From: Bacillota bacterium
Lineage (GTDB): Bacteria > Bacillota > UBA994 > UBA5500
DNA: 64,000 bases
Direction of reading: 5' to 3'
Assembly: GCA_050949055.1 (NCBI GenBank)
Contig: JBMNFA010000009.1
Location: 257,600-321,599 of the forward strand
The translations under genes and the position numbers were made by a program. Every line of letters starts with the position of its first letter. Position 1 is the stretch's first letter. The notes beneath the pieces were generated by a model, which was given only the letters and a program-made list of their open reading frames with translations, was not told the DNA's origin and searched no databases. This document shows positions 9,925 to 18,753 of the stretch, piece after piece.

Positions 9925-10458
9925 TTATCTTTGTTGGTCGCGATACCACTCTAGCGCCTTCCGTTCCACCTCTTTCACGAAGCTGTCCTTGCCCTCCATG
10001 TAGCCATAGATATCGTCGGGGAACTGCTGGGCCAGGCGGGCCTTCAGTTCGCCATATTCCCTGGCTGTGTCCGGGTGGGCGCGCAGGTAGTCCCTAAAGG
10101 CCAGGTGACGGTCAACTGTCTCGGGGTGATCCGCCTGAAAAGCATGCACGTGGTGGGTGCGGTGCTCGTTTCCACCCTTACGGAAGTAGCGCCGGCCGGG
10201 AATGCCACATTCGCCCATGGCTTCGTAGCCCAAGGCGGCCATCTGCTCGTTAAGTTGATCTACCTGGGTGATATCCCGGACCAACGGCATCATGTCTATG
10301 ATCGGTTTGGCCTGCAGTCCAGGCACGGAAGTGCTGCCGATGTGGTGGATGTCCACCAACAAGGGGCCAAAGACAGCCCGCAGCCGCTCCGCTTCCTGCT
10401 GGAACATTTCCGGCCATCTCTCGTCATATTCTACAACCACAATATTCCTCATACTCAT
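9925..10458 (-). CDS. grpB: GrpB-family (UPF0157) protein
   Basis: IVVVEYDERWPEMF...IHHIGSTSVPGLQAKPIIDMM...HHVHAF are GrpB hallmarks. Confidence 0.8.
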   Translation of the reverse strand: MSMRNIVVVEYDERWPEMFQQEAERLRAVFGPLLVDIHHIGSTSVPGLQAKPIIDMMPLVRDITQVDQLNEQMAALGYEAMGECGIPGRRYFRKGGNEHRTHHVHAFQADHPETVDRHLAFRDYLRAHPDTAREYGELKARLAQQFPDDIYGYMEGKDSFVKEVERKALEWYRDQQR

Positions 10459-10918
10459 CGACGCCCGGCCTCCTTCAAAAGATATGGCTTTGGCGACCAG
10501 ATGTGGTCTGATCCTGCATGGTCATATGTTCCGCTCAGCTGTGACCAGCACCTGCGCGAATTCGCGCTGGCCAAAGTTTTCTTGGAGGGTTTGTGCCTAA
10601 ATTGGCACTGGGCGACCGGAGCTAAGCCTAGAGGTCAGCCCTCCATTCGGAACAAACGACCCATCGATTAAGAATGAGTACGGGAGGGATCGCGTTGACT
10701 GAGACGAAACCGCAACCGTCGCTGGGACCAGGTTGACAGCATGCTATGCACTGCGTGGCACCCATCCCTTCTATCTGCAGGGCTTAGGCGATGCCACCGT
10801 GTTATTCAGCTCCGGCGAGCAGTTTTCTATCGTCAGAATCAAGTAAAATAGAGACAACAGGATAGGCAAACCCCCGGGGCATGCTGAGGTGCCACGGGGG
10901 TTGTTGTCTACTCATCTC

Positions 10919-11683
10919 TTAAGGTGCCACCACGCGGTTGGTCAGGGTACCCAGGCCCTCTATCTCTATCCGTATTTCATCGCCTACCTGCATGGGGCCG
11001 ATGCCGGAAGGTGTGCCGGTGAGGATGACATCGCCAGGGTGCAGGGTGATCACCTGCGAGACGAAGCTGACCAGCTGGGGAATGGTGAAGATCAGGTCGG
11101 AGGTGCTGCCGTCCTGCTTTACCTGACCGTTGAGTATAGCTTTCAGGCGCAGGTTGCTGGCGTCAATGCCGGTGACGATGCTCGGCCCCAGGGGACAGAA
11201 GGTGTCGAAGGACTTGGCGCGGGTCCACTGGCCGTCTTTGCCCTGCAGATCGCGGGCAGTGACGTCGTTGGCGATGGTATAGCCAAAGACATACTGCAGC
11301 GCATCTCTTGCATTCACCTGATGGCAGCGCTGGCCGACGACAATAGCCAACTCGGCCTCGTAGTCCAGCCGCCCCACCATCGGCCAATAGACGATGTCCC
11401 CTTGGTGCGGCAGCAGCGAGGTGTGGGGTTTGAGGAAGATAATTGGTTCGTTGGGCAGGTTCATGTCCAGCTCCATGGCGTGCCGACGGTAGTTCAGTCC
11501 CACACAGACGATGCTGCTGGGTTGGCAAGGGGTAAGCAGGGTGACGCTGTTCAGCGGGACAACCCGGTCGGTCAGTTGATGTTCGGAGAAGATGTCGCCC
11601 TGGATGACGGCAATCTGGTCGCCCTGCAGCAGCCCGTAGCAGGTGCTGCCGTCGAGGGAGAAGCGCACGTATTGTTTGGACAT
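10919..11683 (-). CDS. fumarylacetoacetate hydrolase (FAH) family hydratase/isomerase
   Basis: IVCVGLNYRRHA, KPHTSLL, DYEAELAIVVG, FGYTIANDVTARD, GDVILTGTPSGIGP. Confidence 0.88.
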   Translation of the reverse strand: MSKQYVRFSLDGSTCYGLLQGDQIAVIQGDIFSEHQLTDRVVPLNSVTLLTPCQPSSIVCVGLNYRRHAMELDMNLPNEPIIFLKPHTSLLPHQGDIVYWPMVGRLDYEAELAIVVGQRCHQVNARDALQYVFGYTIANDVTARDLQGKDGQWTRAKSFDTFCPLGPSIVTGIDASNLRLKAILNGQVKQDGSTSDLIFTIPQLVSFVSQVITLHPGDVILTGTPSGIGPMQVGDEIRIEIEGLGTLTNRVVAP

Positions 11684-12213
11684 AGGGTATCACTCCTTTT
11701 TGGGCGTTGTATGTGGGTGTACTGGGAACCGGACCAGAGTTTTGTCAGGGATAGAATACGACAGCGAGCGGGCAATTCCCTTGCGAAAGAAGACCTTTCG
11801 CCGCTCATACTCCAGTTGCCCCGGCCGATCCTGGCGGCATGGCGGAGCTGGATCATCGTCGGGTCGCGCTGGAGGTAGTTCGTGCCATAGCCTGCCACAT
11901 TCGCGCCGATACTTAGCAAGACCAACAGGGGCAGCTCGCGAATGCGGAAAAACCGAAAACACCCTCTCTGCTAATTCAGCAGGAATCTTGCTCTCAGATG
12001 ACTAATTAAGTAGCGACCACAAGTATCTCCGAGTCTTCCAGTCCTAAGGATGTCATCTATGGAAGGAAGGCCGTTAGGGTGGCAGGGGAAACCCGGTCGC
12101 CTCCCGTCTGGAAAGGAGTAATCTGCGGCCGCTGACGCATGGCTTAGCTTGCGTCCGTTTGCCTTGCGCCTCCTTTTCAGAGCATGTTTGCTACTTGGAA
12201 AGGAGGTTTTTGC

Positions 12214-12735
12214 TTGCGCGGGAAATCGCCTGCTCTGGCGCGGGGCGCAATTCTGCTTTGCCTGCTGCTTGCTGTCGGCATGGCGTTAGTCTACCCCCGC
12301 CCGGGGCTGCCCTTTGAGGTGGCAGAGGGCGAAAAGGTGCGGCGGCTGAAGCAACACGAAGTTGATGATATCGTGGGGGTCTACCTGGCAGAAAGAGATG
12401 CGGGCAGTCGCCTGGTGCAAATCGTCAGCAGCCAAGGGTTTAAAGGCCTGATGCAGTTTCAGGTGGATATAGACCTGAACACCGAACAAATCAGCCAAGT
12501 ACGGGTGTTGTCCCAACAGGAGACCGAGGATTATGGCGGCTACGTCACCGAAGGCTGGTTCTTGGACAGATTTGTCGGCAAGAACGTCGGCACCAAGCTA
12601 AGATTAGTCAAGTTAGCGGCCAGCTCGCCAGAAGAAGTGGTGGCCATCACCGGAGCAACCGTCACCAGCCGGGGGGCTCTGGATGCGGTAAACAAATGCC
12701 TAGATAACTATCAGAGACTAAAACGGGAGGATTGA
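12214..12735 (+). CDS. membrane-anchored FMN-binding-domain protein (ApbE-type flavinylation motif)
   Basis: Start TTG at 12214 after SD AAAGGAGG (the ORF track starts earlier at 12184). N-terminal TM segment, then an FMN_bind domain with VVAITGATVTSRGALDAV (S/T-G-A-T/S flavinylation motif). Confidence 0.7.
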   Translation: MRGKSPALARGAILLCLLLAVGMALVYPRPGLPFEVAEGEKVRRLKQHEVDDIVGVYLAERDAGSRLVQIVSSQGFKGLMQFQVDIDLNTEQISQVRVLSQQETEDYGGYVTEGWFLDRFVGKNVGTKLRLVKLAASSPEEVVAITGATVTSRGALDAVNKCLDNYQRLKRED

Positions 12736-13850
12736 TGATCGTGAAGTTGACCAGGAAAGCGTTAGTCTATCTGTTGCTGATGGGCCTATTGGGCCTGCTG
12801 CTTACGGGCTGCTCCAGCCCGGCACCGATCGATGAGCCCAACAACCAGGAAGATGAAGGCGTAATAGCGTTCATTGGCCTGCCGGATGGCGACAAGGAGA
12901 TCGCCGTGGCTGATCTGAAGGAAATGGAGCCATATGAGACTGAGGCGTTAGGGATCAGCTCTTCGGGCGAAGAGGCCACCCATGAGGTGAAGGGCGTGCT
13001 ATTGGCCGATCTGCTGACCGACTGGGGAGTGGAGCAGCAAAGTCTGCAGAGCATCCGTGCGGTGGCCAAGGATGGCTATGCCATGGAACTGCCGGGCGAG
13101 ATTCTGCAGGGCGAAGTGATCCTGGCCTATGAATACGATGGAGAGCCCCTGTTTGAAGAAAGCGGCCCCATCCGCTTGATCGTGCCCAATCAGCGCTCCA
13201 TGTATTGGCTGAGGGGACTGGCCAGCCTGGAGATCAGCGGCGGAGGCAGCGGAGCGACTGCAGAGACCGACGCAACTAGAATTGTGTTCATCGAGACAGC
13301 TATCGGTTTGGTGCCCCATTATGACTACACCTATTACGAGAGCAATGACCAAGCAGTGAAGGTGGACGAGCTGTTTGCCAAGCTGGGCATAGAGGCCACC
13401 GAAGGCACTGCAGCCCTGTGCGCAGCCGACGGCTTCGAGAAGAACGAGCAGGTAGCCACCCTGCGGCAAGGCTATCTCAAGTTCACTGGAGAAGCAGCAC
13501 CGCTGTTCCTCTCCCCCGACCTGCCCAAGGGCATGCATGTGAAGCAGATCCTGTGGATGGCCGTGGAAGATACGGCGCTGGTTTCCTTCGTGCATGCGGG
13601 CGAGGCGTGGGAACAGAAGACGGTGGGAGACATCTCCGGCGTGCCGCTGACCGCCATTTTAGAGCAGGTTGGGGTACAGTCGGATGTGGGCTATATTCTC
13701 AAGGCGAGTGATGACTACACGGTGGAAATCGAGGCGGCCGACGCGGCCGATGGGCTGGTCTACATCAAGGATGACGTTGTGCGGGTCAGCTTCAGCCAGC
13801 TGCCCAAGAGCAGCAGCGTCAAGGGCCTGCTGAGTATCGAAGCCAAGTAG
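12732..13850 (+). CDS. lipoprotein with two tandem sulfite-oxidase-fold (YedY/MsrP-like) domains lacking the Mo-ligand Cys
   Basis: Lipobox LLTGCSS. Domain 1: VKGVLLADLL...AVAKDGYAMELP...VILAYEYDGEPLFEESGPIRLIVPNQRSMYWLRGLASLEI, parallel to the SO-family pattern WTGVxLxDLL...LAYEMNGEPL...PLRLVVPGWYG..KWL..IEV. The CAGNRR cysteine position reads GISSSG. A second weaker copy lies at residues ~200-372. Confidence 0.6.
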   Translation: MMIVKLTRKALVYLLLMGLLGLLLTGCSSPAPIDEPNNQEDEGVIAFIGLPDGDKEIAVADLKEMEPYETEALGISSSGEEATHEVKGVLLADLLTDWGVEQQSLQSIRAVAKDGYAMELPGEILQGEVILAYEYDGEPLFEESGPIRLIVPNQRSMYWLRGLASLEISGGGSGATAETDATRIVFIETAIGLVPHYDYTYYESNDQAVKVDELFAKLGIEATEGTAALCAADGFEKNEQVATLRQGYLKFTGEAAPLFLSPDLPKGMHVKQILWMAVEDTALVSFVHAGEAWEQKTVGDISGVPLTAILEQVGVQSDVGYILKASDDYTVEIEAADAADGLVYIKDDVVRVSFSQLPKSSSVKGLLSIEAK

Positions 13851-14144
13851 CGGGCTGCAGCGAGCAGCTCCTATTCCTCAAAACCTCCTGCTATTCCCAG
13901 CGAGCTAGTAGCCTAGACCCTTCGTTGCACTCAGGGTGACAGTCGCTAGGCGACTGTCTACAGCGATTGTCATTCCGAGCGCAAGCGATGAATCTGGATC
14001 CTTCCGCGAACTTTATGCTCGCCTGTCGAAGTGCTCAAGATGACTCGGCAAAGCCTGGCAGGAGAGCCTTCACCCACGATAACCGTTCACAGGCCGGGAA
14101 CATTGTTTCCGCTTTAGAGCCAAATAAGGAGGAGACATCGAATA

Positions 14145-14645
14145 ATGAAGAAGAGTATATCCATTGCGATCTTGCTGTTGGTCACCGCGTTGGTCTTCAC
14201 CGCCTGCCAGCAGCCGGCGCAGCCGACTCCCAATCCCGATGAGCAGCAGCCCGGCGATGATGTGCTGCAGTGGGCAGTCACCTTTGTTAAAGCAGACGGC
14301 AGCACTGTGGAGCTGACCCACGCAGACGACCTGGAGCTGGTGGAAATCGAGGCTACCAAGGCACGCAAGGATGGCAGCGAAGAGAAGCAGCAATGGAAAG
14401 GAGTGCCGCTGCAGGCTGCCTTGGATTATCTGGAGTTGACGGAGTTTGAGGTAATCGCCGCTGAATCGGCTGACGGATATTCGGTAGATCTGGACAAGGA
14501 AATGGTAGCCGACGAAGGGACCATCATTGGACTGGAGCTGAACGGCGAGCCGTTGGCGGAAGACGCTGGCCCAGCCCAATTGGTGGTGGCCAGCCAGCGC
14601 TCTAACTTCTGGATTAAGCAGCTGAGCAAGATCACGCTCAAGTAG
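14145..14645 (+). CDS. lipoprotein with one sulfite-oxidase-fold domain lacking the Mo-ligand Cys (paralog)
   Basis: Lipobox VFTACQQ. WKGVPLQAALDYL...AAESADGYSVDL...IIGLELNGEPLAEDAGPAQLVVASQRSNFWIKQLSKITL. SD AAGGAGGAG upstream. Confidence 0.6.
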   Translation: MKKSISIAILLLVTALVFTACQQPAQPTPNPDEQQPGDDVLQWAVTFVKADGSTVELTHADDLELVEIEATKARKDGSEEKQQWKGVPLQAALDYLELTEFEVIAAESADGYSVDLDKEMVADEGTIIGLELNGEPLAEDAGPAQLVVASQRSNFWIKQLSKITLK

Positions 14646-14656
14646 CGTGGGCAAAG

Positions 14657-15241
14657 ATGATTAGCCGCGCGCTCAGGCGTTTTTCACTATTTCAGTTGGT
14701 CATTCTGGCTTTGGTGGCCGCCCTGGGGGTGGCCTCCAAGCCAGTGGTGGTTCCGTTGGCCCATATGATCACCGGCCCGCTGATGATTCCCGGCGGGGTG
14801 TTGGCCGGTGGCTTTTATATGCTGTGGATCGTGCTGGGGGCTGGCTTAATGGATCGCCGGGGTGGGGGGACGCTGATCAGCCTGGTACAGGCTATCCTGA
14901 TCGTCTCGCTGGGCCTCTATGGCACCCACGGCATCGTCAGCTTCCTGACCTATCTGGCACCGGGTCTGGCTGTCGACCTGGTGTTCTGGCCGGGCGGCCG
15001 TTGGCGGGGCAGTTCCCTCGCCTTCTTTACCGCAGGGCTGATGGCCAACATCTGCGGCAGTTATCTGGTTAACTTAGTGTTCTTCCGCCTGCCCTGGATT
15101 CCGTTGCTGCTCAGCTTAAGCACCGCTGCTTTATCTGGAGGGCTGGGTGGTCTGATTGCTTATGCCGTGGTGCACAAGCTGCGGCAGACGGGATTGATGG
15201 GTTTAGGCGTCAGCGAGAATGACAAGTCTTCAGTTGAATGA
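14657..15241 (+). CDS. polytopic membrane protein, probable ECF-transporter S (substrate-capture) component
   Basis: 194 aa with about 6 predicted TM helices. Size, topology and position next to the EcfA1-A2-T genes fit an S component. Confidence 0.5.
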   Translation: MISRALRRFSLFQLVILALVAALGVASKPVVVPLAHMITGPLMIPGGVLAGGFYMLWIVLGAGLMDRRGGGTLISLVQAILIVSLGLYGTHGIVSFLTYLAPGLAVDLVFWPGGRWRGSSLAFFTAGLMANICGSYLVNLVFFRLPWIPLLLSLSTAALSGGLGGLIAYAVVHKLRQTGLMGLGVSENDKSSVE

Positions 15242-15337
15242 AGCGAAGCAAATAGAACCGTCTCCGTTGTTTCGTAAATGGAGCGAGACAAAAAGAACCG
15301 TCCCTTTTGTTCCGGTGGAGAGGAGGGGTAAGTGGCG

Positions 15338-16828
15338 ATGAAGAGGATAATGGCAGTTGTGGCGCTGGTGGCCATGCTGGGCATCGGCTATTGGCTGGGG
15401 CAGAGCCATGGTATTCGGAAGGGTGCAAACCTGCCTAGTACGGCGCTGACGATTGTTGGCGATGTGGCGACGACGGTGTGGGTGGAATCGCTGCAAGGCA
15501 TGCAGCGGGAGCTGGAGACGGTCACTCTGGAGAAGGGATCTATCCAGGCGATTCCTCTGCAATCGTTAGTTCAGTTGGCGGAGCCGCTAGCGGATAAGAA
15601 CAAGGTGGTCCTACGGGGAGTGGACGGGGTGGCCGCCGAGCTGAGCCAACTGGAAGGCGCATACATCACCTATTCGGCGGAGCACGGCTGGCATGCGAAA
15701 AATCCCAACCATCCGGTGAGCAGCAACATCAAACACCTGCAGGATATCATTGTGGTGGCCGAGGGATTCTCCTGGGACCGGGGCATCAACATCATGACCT
15801 CGGAGGAGAACCTGGACAACTTCACCGTAGGACAGCTGCTCAACGACGAACTATCGCTGGTGCGGATAGTGGACGGCACGGCCACGGTGGAGCATGAAGG
15901 ACAACGGATCAGCTCGTCCGCAGTGGTCTTCAAGCGGATGCTGGGGCTCGGCCAGCTGCTGGAGCGAGTTGAGCTGCCGGAGCCAGAGAACCTGGCGGTG
16001 ATGGGTGAAAACGGCGCTTTCGTCATGGTGGACATGTCCATGGGCGGTTATCTGGAGGTGGGCGAGCACTCGGTGAACTATGTGGTCCTCGGCGACTACA
16101 GCCAGACGGTGAGGGACGTGCGAGCGATGATGTTCAACGCGCCGGAACTGTCCATCATGCAGACCTTTGATGACACGGTGCGGCGGTTGGAGAACGGCGA
16201 GAAGGTGATGATCGCCTTCTTGGACGGGCTTAGCTATCGGCAGTATCGCCGGGCCGTGGAGACTGGAATGGCACCCTATCTGCAATCGCTGCCGCCGGCA
16301 GAGAAGGCGCTGAGCATATACCAGCCGGTGACCAACGCCGGGTTTGCCGCCATGATTACCGGGCAGCCTCCGGGGGTGAATGGGGTGCACTCGCGCAGCC
16401 AACGGGGATTGAACGTGCCCAGCATCTTCGGACGGGCGGTGGAGCTGGGCCAGAAGGCCATCCTGGTGGAAGGCAATATTCAGATCCTGGACACCGAGGT
16501 GGATCCCCGCCTCAATCTGGACCAGAACCAGCAGCATGGCACCGATGACGAGGTGTTTGCCTCCGGGTTGCAGGCCATTGCTGAGCAGCCGGATCTGCTG
16601 ATGGTGCATTTCCACGGCATCGACGACTGCGGGCATCAGTTCGGACCGCTGGCAGAGCAGACGCTGCAGAAGATTCAGCAGGTGGATTCCTACCTGCAGG
16701 CGCTGGCCGCAGAGTGGGACGGCACCATCATCGTGGTGGCCGACCACGGCATGCACGTCGAGGGTGACGGCGGCAGCCACGGGCAGGCCCGGGCAGAGGA
16801 TTTTGTGGTGCCATACATCGTGAGATAA
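15338..16828 (+). CDS. membrane-anchored fusion: N-terminal SO-fold-like domain + type I phosphodiesterase/nucleotide pyrophosphatase (alkaline-phosphatase superfamily)
   Basis: ATG at 15338 after SD GGAGAGGAGGGG (the track starts at GTG 15332). N-terminal TM anchor. C-terminal MIAFLDGLSYRQY...HFHGIDDCGHQFGP...VVADHGMH (NPP/AlkP metal-site motifs). Confidence 0.6.
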   Translation: MKRIMAVVALVAMLGIGYWLGQSHGIRKGANLPSTALTIVGDVATTVWVESLQGMQRELETVTLEKGSIQAIPLQSLVQLAEPLADKNKVVLRGVDGVAAELSQLEGAYITYSAEHGWHAKNPNHPVSSNIKHLQDIIVVAEGFSWDRGINIMTSEENLDNFTVGQLLNDELSLVRIVDGTATVEHEGQRISSSAVVFKRMLGLGQLLERVELPEPENLAVMGENGAFVMVDMSMGGYLEVGEHSVNYVVLGDYSQTVRDVRAMMFNAPELSIMQTFDDTVRRLENGEKVMIAFLDGLSYRQYRRAVETGMAPYLQSLPPAEKALSIYQPVTNAGFAAMITGQPPGVNGVHSRSQRGLNVPSIFGRAVELGQKAILVEGNIQILDTEVDPRLNLDQNQQHGTDDEVFASGLQAIAEQPDLLMVHFHGIDDCGHQFGPLAEQTLQKIQQVDSYLQALAAEWDGTIIVVADHGMHVEGDGGSHGQARAEDFVVPYIVR

Positions 16829-16877
16829 TGCAAAAACGGGGACAGTCCCCATTTTTGCATTAGAGGAGGATGAGCGG

Positions 16878-17390
16878 ATGAAGAAGGTTCTAATCGGCGT
16901 GGTGGGTCTGTTGGTGGTGGTGATCGCCATCACTGGATATGTGAACTGGCGGCAGAGCGCCGCCCTGCGGGAAGCTCAGGCCAACGCTACGCTGGCAGTG
17001 ACTTGGGGCGATGACAACTCGGCCACTTTGAGCATGCAGCAGGTGCAGGCACTGCCGGCGGAAGAATTCGCGGTGGTGCAGCGGAGCAGCGACGCGCCGG
17101 ATAGCGATCAGGTGTTTAAGGGCGTGGCGCTAAAGGTGGCGCTCTCGGAACAAGGGGTGCCCTTGGACGATAGCAGCCTGGTGACGGTGAAAGCGGCAGA
17201 TGGTTATGCGGTTGCCCTCACCGGCAGCGAAGTGCTGCAGGATGAAAACGTCTATTTGGTCTACCAACGGGGAGGCGAGCCTCTGGGCACCAAGGCATCG
17301 GGTGGAACCGGCCCCTTCCAGCTGGTCATTCGCCAGGATACCTACGCCCAGCGTTGGTGCAAGTTTGTGAGCGAGATTCAGGTAAAATGA
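16878..17390 (+). CDS. membrane-anchored sulfite-oxidase-fold domain protein lacking the Mo-ligand Cys (paralog)
   Basis: N-terminal TM anchor. VFKGVALKVALSEQGV...KAADGYAVAL...YLVYQRGGEPLGTKASGGTGPFQLVIRQDTYAQRWCKFVSEIQV. Confidence 0.55.
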   Translation: MKKVLIGVVGLLVVVIAITGYVNWRQSAALREAQANATLAVTWGDDNSATLSMQQVQALPAEEFAVVQRSSDAPDSDQVFKGVALKVALSEQGVPLDDSSLVTVKAADGYAVALTGSEVLQDENVYLVYQRGGEPLGTKASGGTGPFQLVIRQDTYAQRWCKFVSEIQVK

Positions 17391-18073
17391 AGCCGCTAAT
17401 CGAGGTCAAGCAGTTATCCTTTAGCTACAGTAAGCAGTCCCCTCCCCTGTTTGAGCAGGTCGATCTGGAAATCTTCCCAGGGGAAGTGGTGGCGTTGCTG
17501 GGCAAGAGCGGGGCCGGCAAGAGCACCCTTTGTCATTGCCTGGCCGGCATCATTCCCCACCTGATCAAGGGGCAGATCAGCGGCCAGGTGCGGGTGGACG
17601 ATCTGCTCACCACGGACAGCAATCCTCCCACCCTGGCCCAAAGGGTGGGGGTTGTGTTTCAGGATCCGGATATGCAGCTGTTCATGCCCACGGTGGAGGA
17701 CGAACTGGCTTTTGGACTGGAGAATCTTTGCCTGCCGCCCCAGGAAATTGGGGAACGGATTGAGCAATGCCTACAGTTGGTGGGCATGAGCGCCAAGCGT
17801 CTGTGTCACCCCCATCAGCTCTCGGGGGGAGAGAAGCAGCGGGTGGCGCTGGCTGCTGTGTTGGCCATGAACCCCCAGGCGTTGATTTTGGACGAGGCCT
17901 TCTCCCAGCTGGACCGCGCCGGTCGCGGCGCCTTGAAGCAGATTATGCTACAGCTTAAGGACGCAGGCAAGGCGATAGTGATGGTGGAGCACGATTGGTC
18001 CAATCTGGACATCGCAGATCGGGTGCTGGTGCTGAAGGAGCGGCAACTGCAGCCTTTTCGGGGTGAACTATGA
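17387..18073 (+). CDS. ecfA: ECF-transporter ATPase component EcfA1 (ABC ATP-binding protein)
   Basis: ATG at 17387 overlaps the upstream stop (ATGA). Walker A GKSGAGKST, signature LSGGEKQRVALA, Walker B LILDEA. Confidence 0.85.
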   Translation: MKPLIEVKQLSFSYSKQSPPLFEQVDLEIFPGEVVALLGKSGAGKSTLCHCLAGIIPHLIKGQISGQVRVDDLLTTDSNPPTLAQRVGVVFQDPDMQLFMPTVEDELAFGLENLCLPPQEIGERIEQCLQLVGMSAKRLCHPHQLSGGEKQRVALAAVLAMNPQALILDEAFSQLDRAGRGALKQIMLQLKDAGKAIVMVEHDWSNLDIADRVLVLKERQLQPFRGEL

Positions 18074-18753
18074 GCGAGTGCAAATCGGTGATTGTTGCTC
18101 GGGACGTTAGTTTCAGCTATCCCAAGGGCCCCCCGCTGTTCGAACGGCTCAACTTGACGCTGTATCAGGGCGAGTTTACGGCCATCGTGGGCGAAAACGG
18201 CAGCGGCAAGACGACACTGGGCAAGTTGCTTTGTGGCATCCTGCGCCCCGCCGGGGGCAGCGTGAGCATTTTGGGGGAGGAGAGCCATAACCTCAGCCTG
18301 GGGAGCATCGGGCAGAAGATCGGCTATCTGTTTCAGAACCCGGATCAGCAGCTGTTTGCGCTGACGGTGCGGGAGGAGCTCTGCTGGCCGCTGCAGCTGC
18401 GGGGCGAAGATGCGGAGTCGGTGCGGCGGAAGGTGGGGCAGGTGCTGGGAAGGTTCCAGCTTGCGGGCTTGGAGGACAAGCTGCCCTTCCGCTTGAGCCG
18501 TGGGGAGAAACAACGGTTGGTGCTGGCGGCGATTATGCTGCAGCGGCCCAGCTACCTGATTTTGGACGAGCCCACCAGCAGCCTGGATCAGGAGCGGCGG
18601 GCAGGATTGTCCCAAGTGCTGCAGGAGTTGCAGGCAGAGGGCATCGGCATGGCTGTGATCACCCATGATTCAGATTTTCTGCAGCAGCATGCACAGCGGG
18701 TGATCCAACTGCGGGAAGGGAGGGTGGTGGCCGATGAACGGGTCTCGCCTTGA
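18070..18753 (+). CDS. ecfA: ECF-transporter ATPase component EcfA2
   Basis: GENGSGKTTL, LSRGEKQRLVLA, LILDEPTSSLD. Start overlaps the EcfA1 stop. Confidence 0.85.
   Translation: MSECKSVIVARDVSFSYPKGPPLFERLNLTLYQGEFTAIVGENGSGKTTLGKLLCGILRPAGGSVSILGEESHNLSLGSIGQKIGYLFQNPDQQLFALTVREELCWPLQLRGEDAESVRRKVGQVLGRFQLAGLEDKLPFRLSRGEKQRLVLAAIMLQRPSYLILDEPTSSLDQERRAGLSQVLQELQAEGIGMAVITHDSDFLQQHAQRVIQLREGRVVADERVSP

Noticed and set aside
10460-10918. Possible small gene or sRNA in the 460-bp gap between grpB and the FAH gene, with an imperfect GC hairpin at about 10871-10903
   Set aside because: No ORF with SD or motif on either strand. The hairpin has a mismatch and no U-tract, so evidence is insufficient.
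10889-11878. 329-aa plus-strand ORF
   Set aside because: Antisense to the well-supported FAH-family gene (10919-11683). Low-complexity Gly/Ala/Arg-rich translation.
15851-16933. 360-aa minus-strand ORF
   Set aside because: Antisense to the phosphodiesterase fusion gene. His/Arg/Leu-rich junk translation.
17815-18666. 283-aa minus-strand ORF
   Set aside because: Antisense to the ecfA1/ecfA2 genes, which carry canonical Walker/signature motifs.
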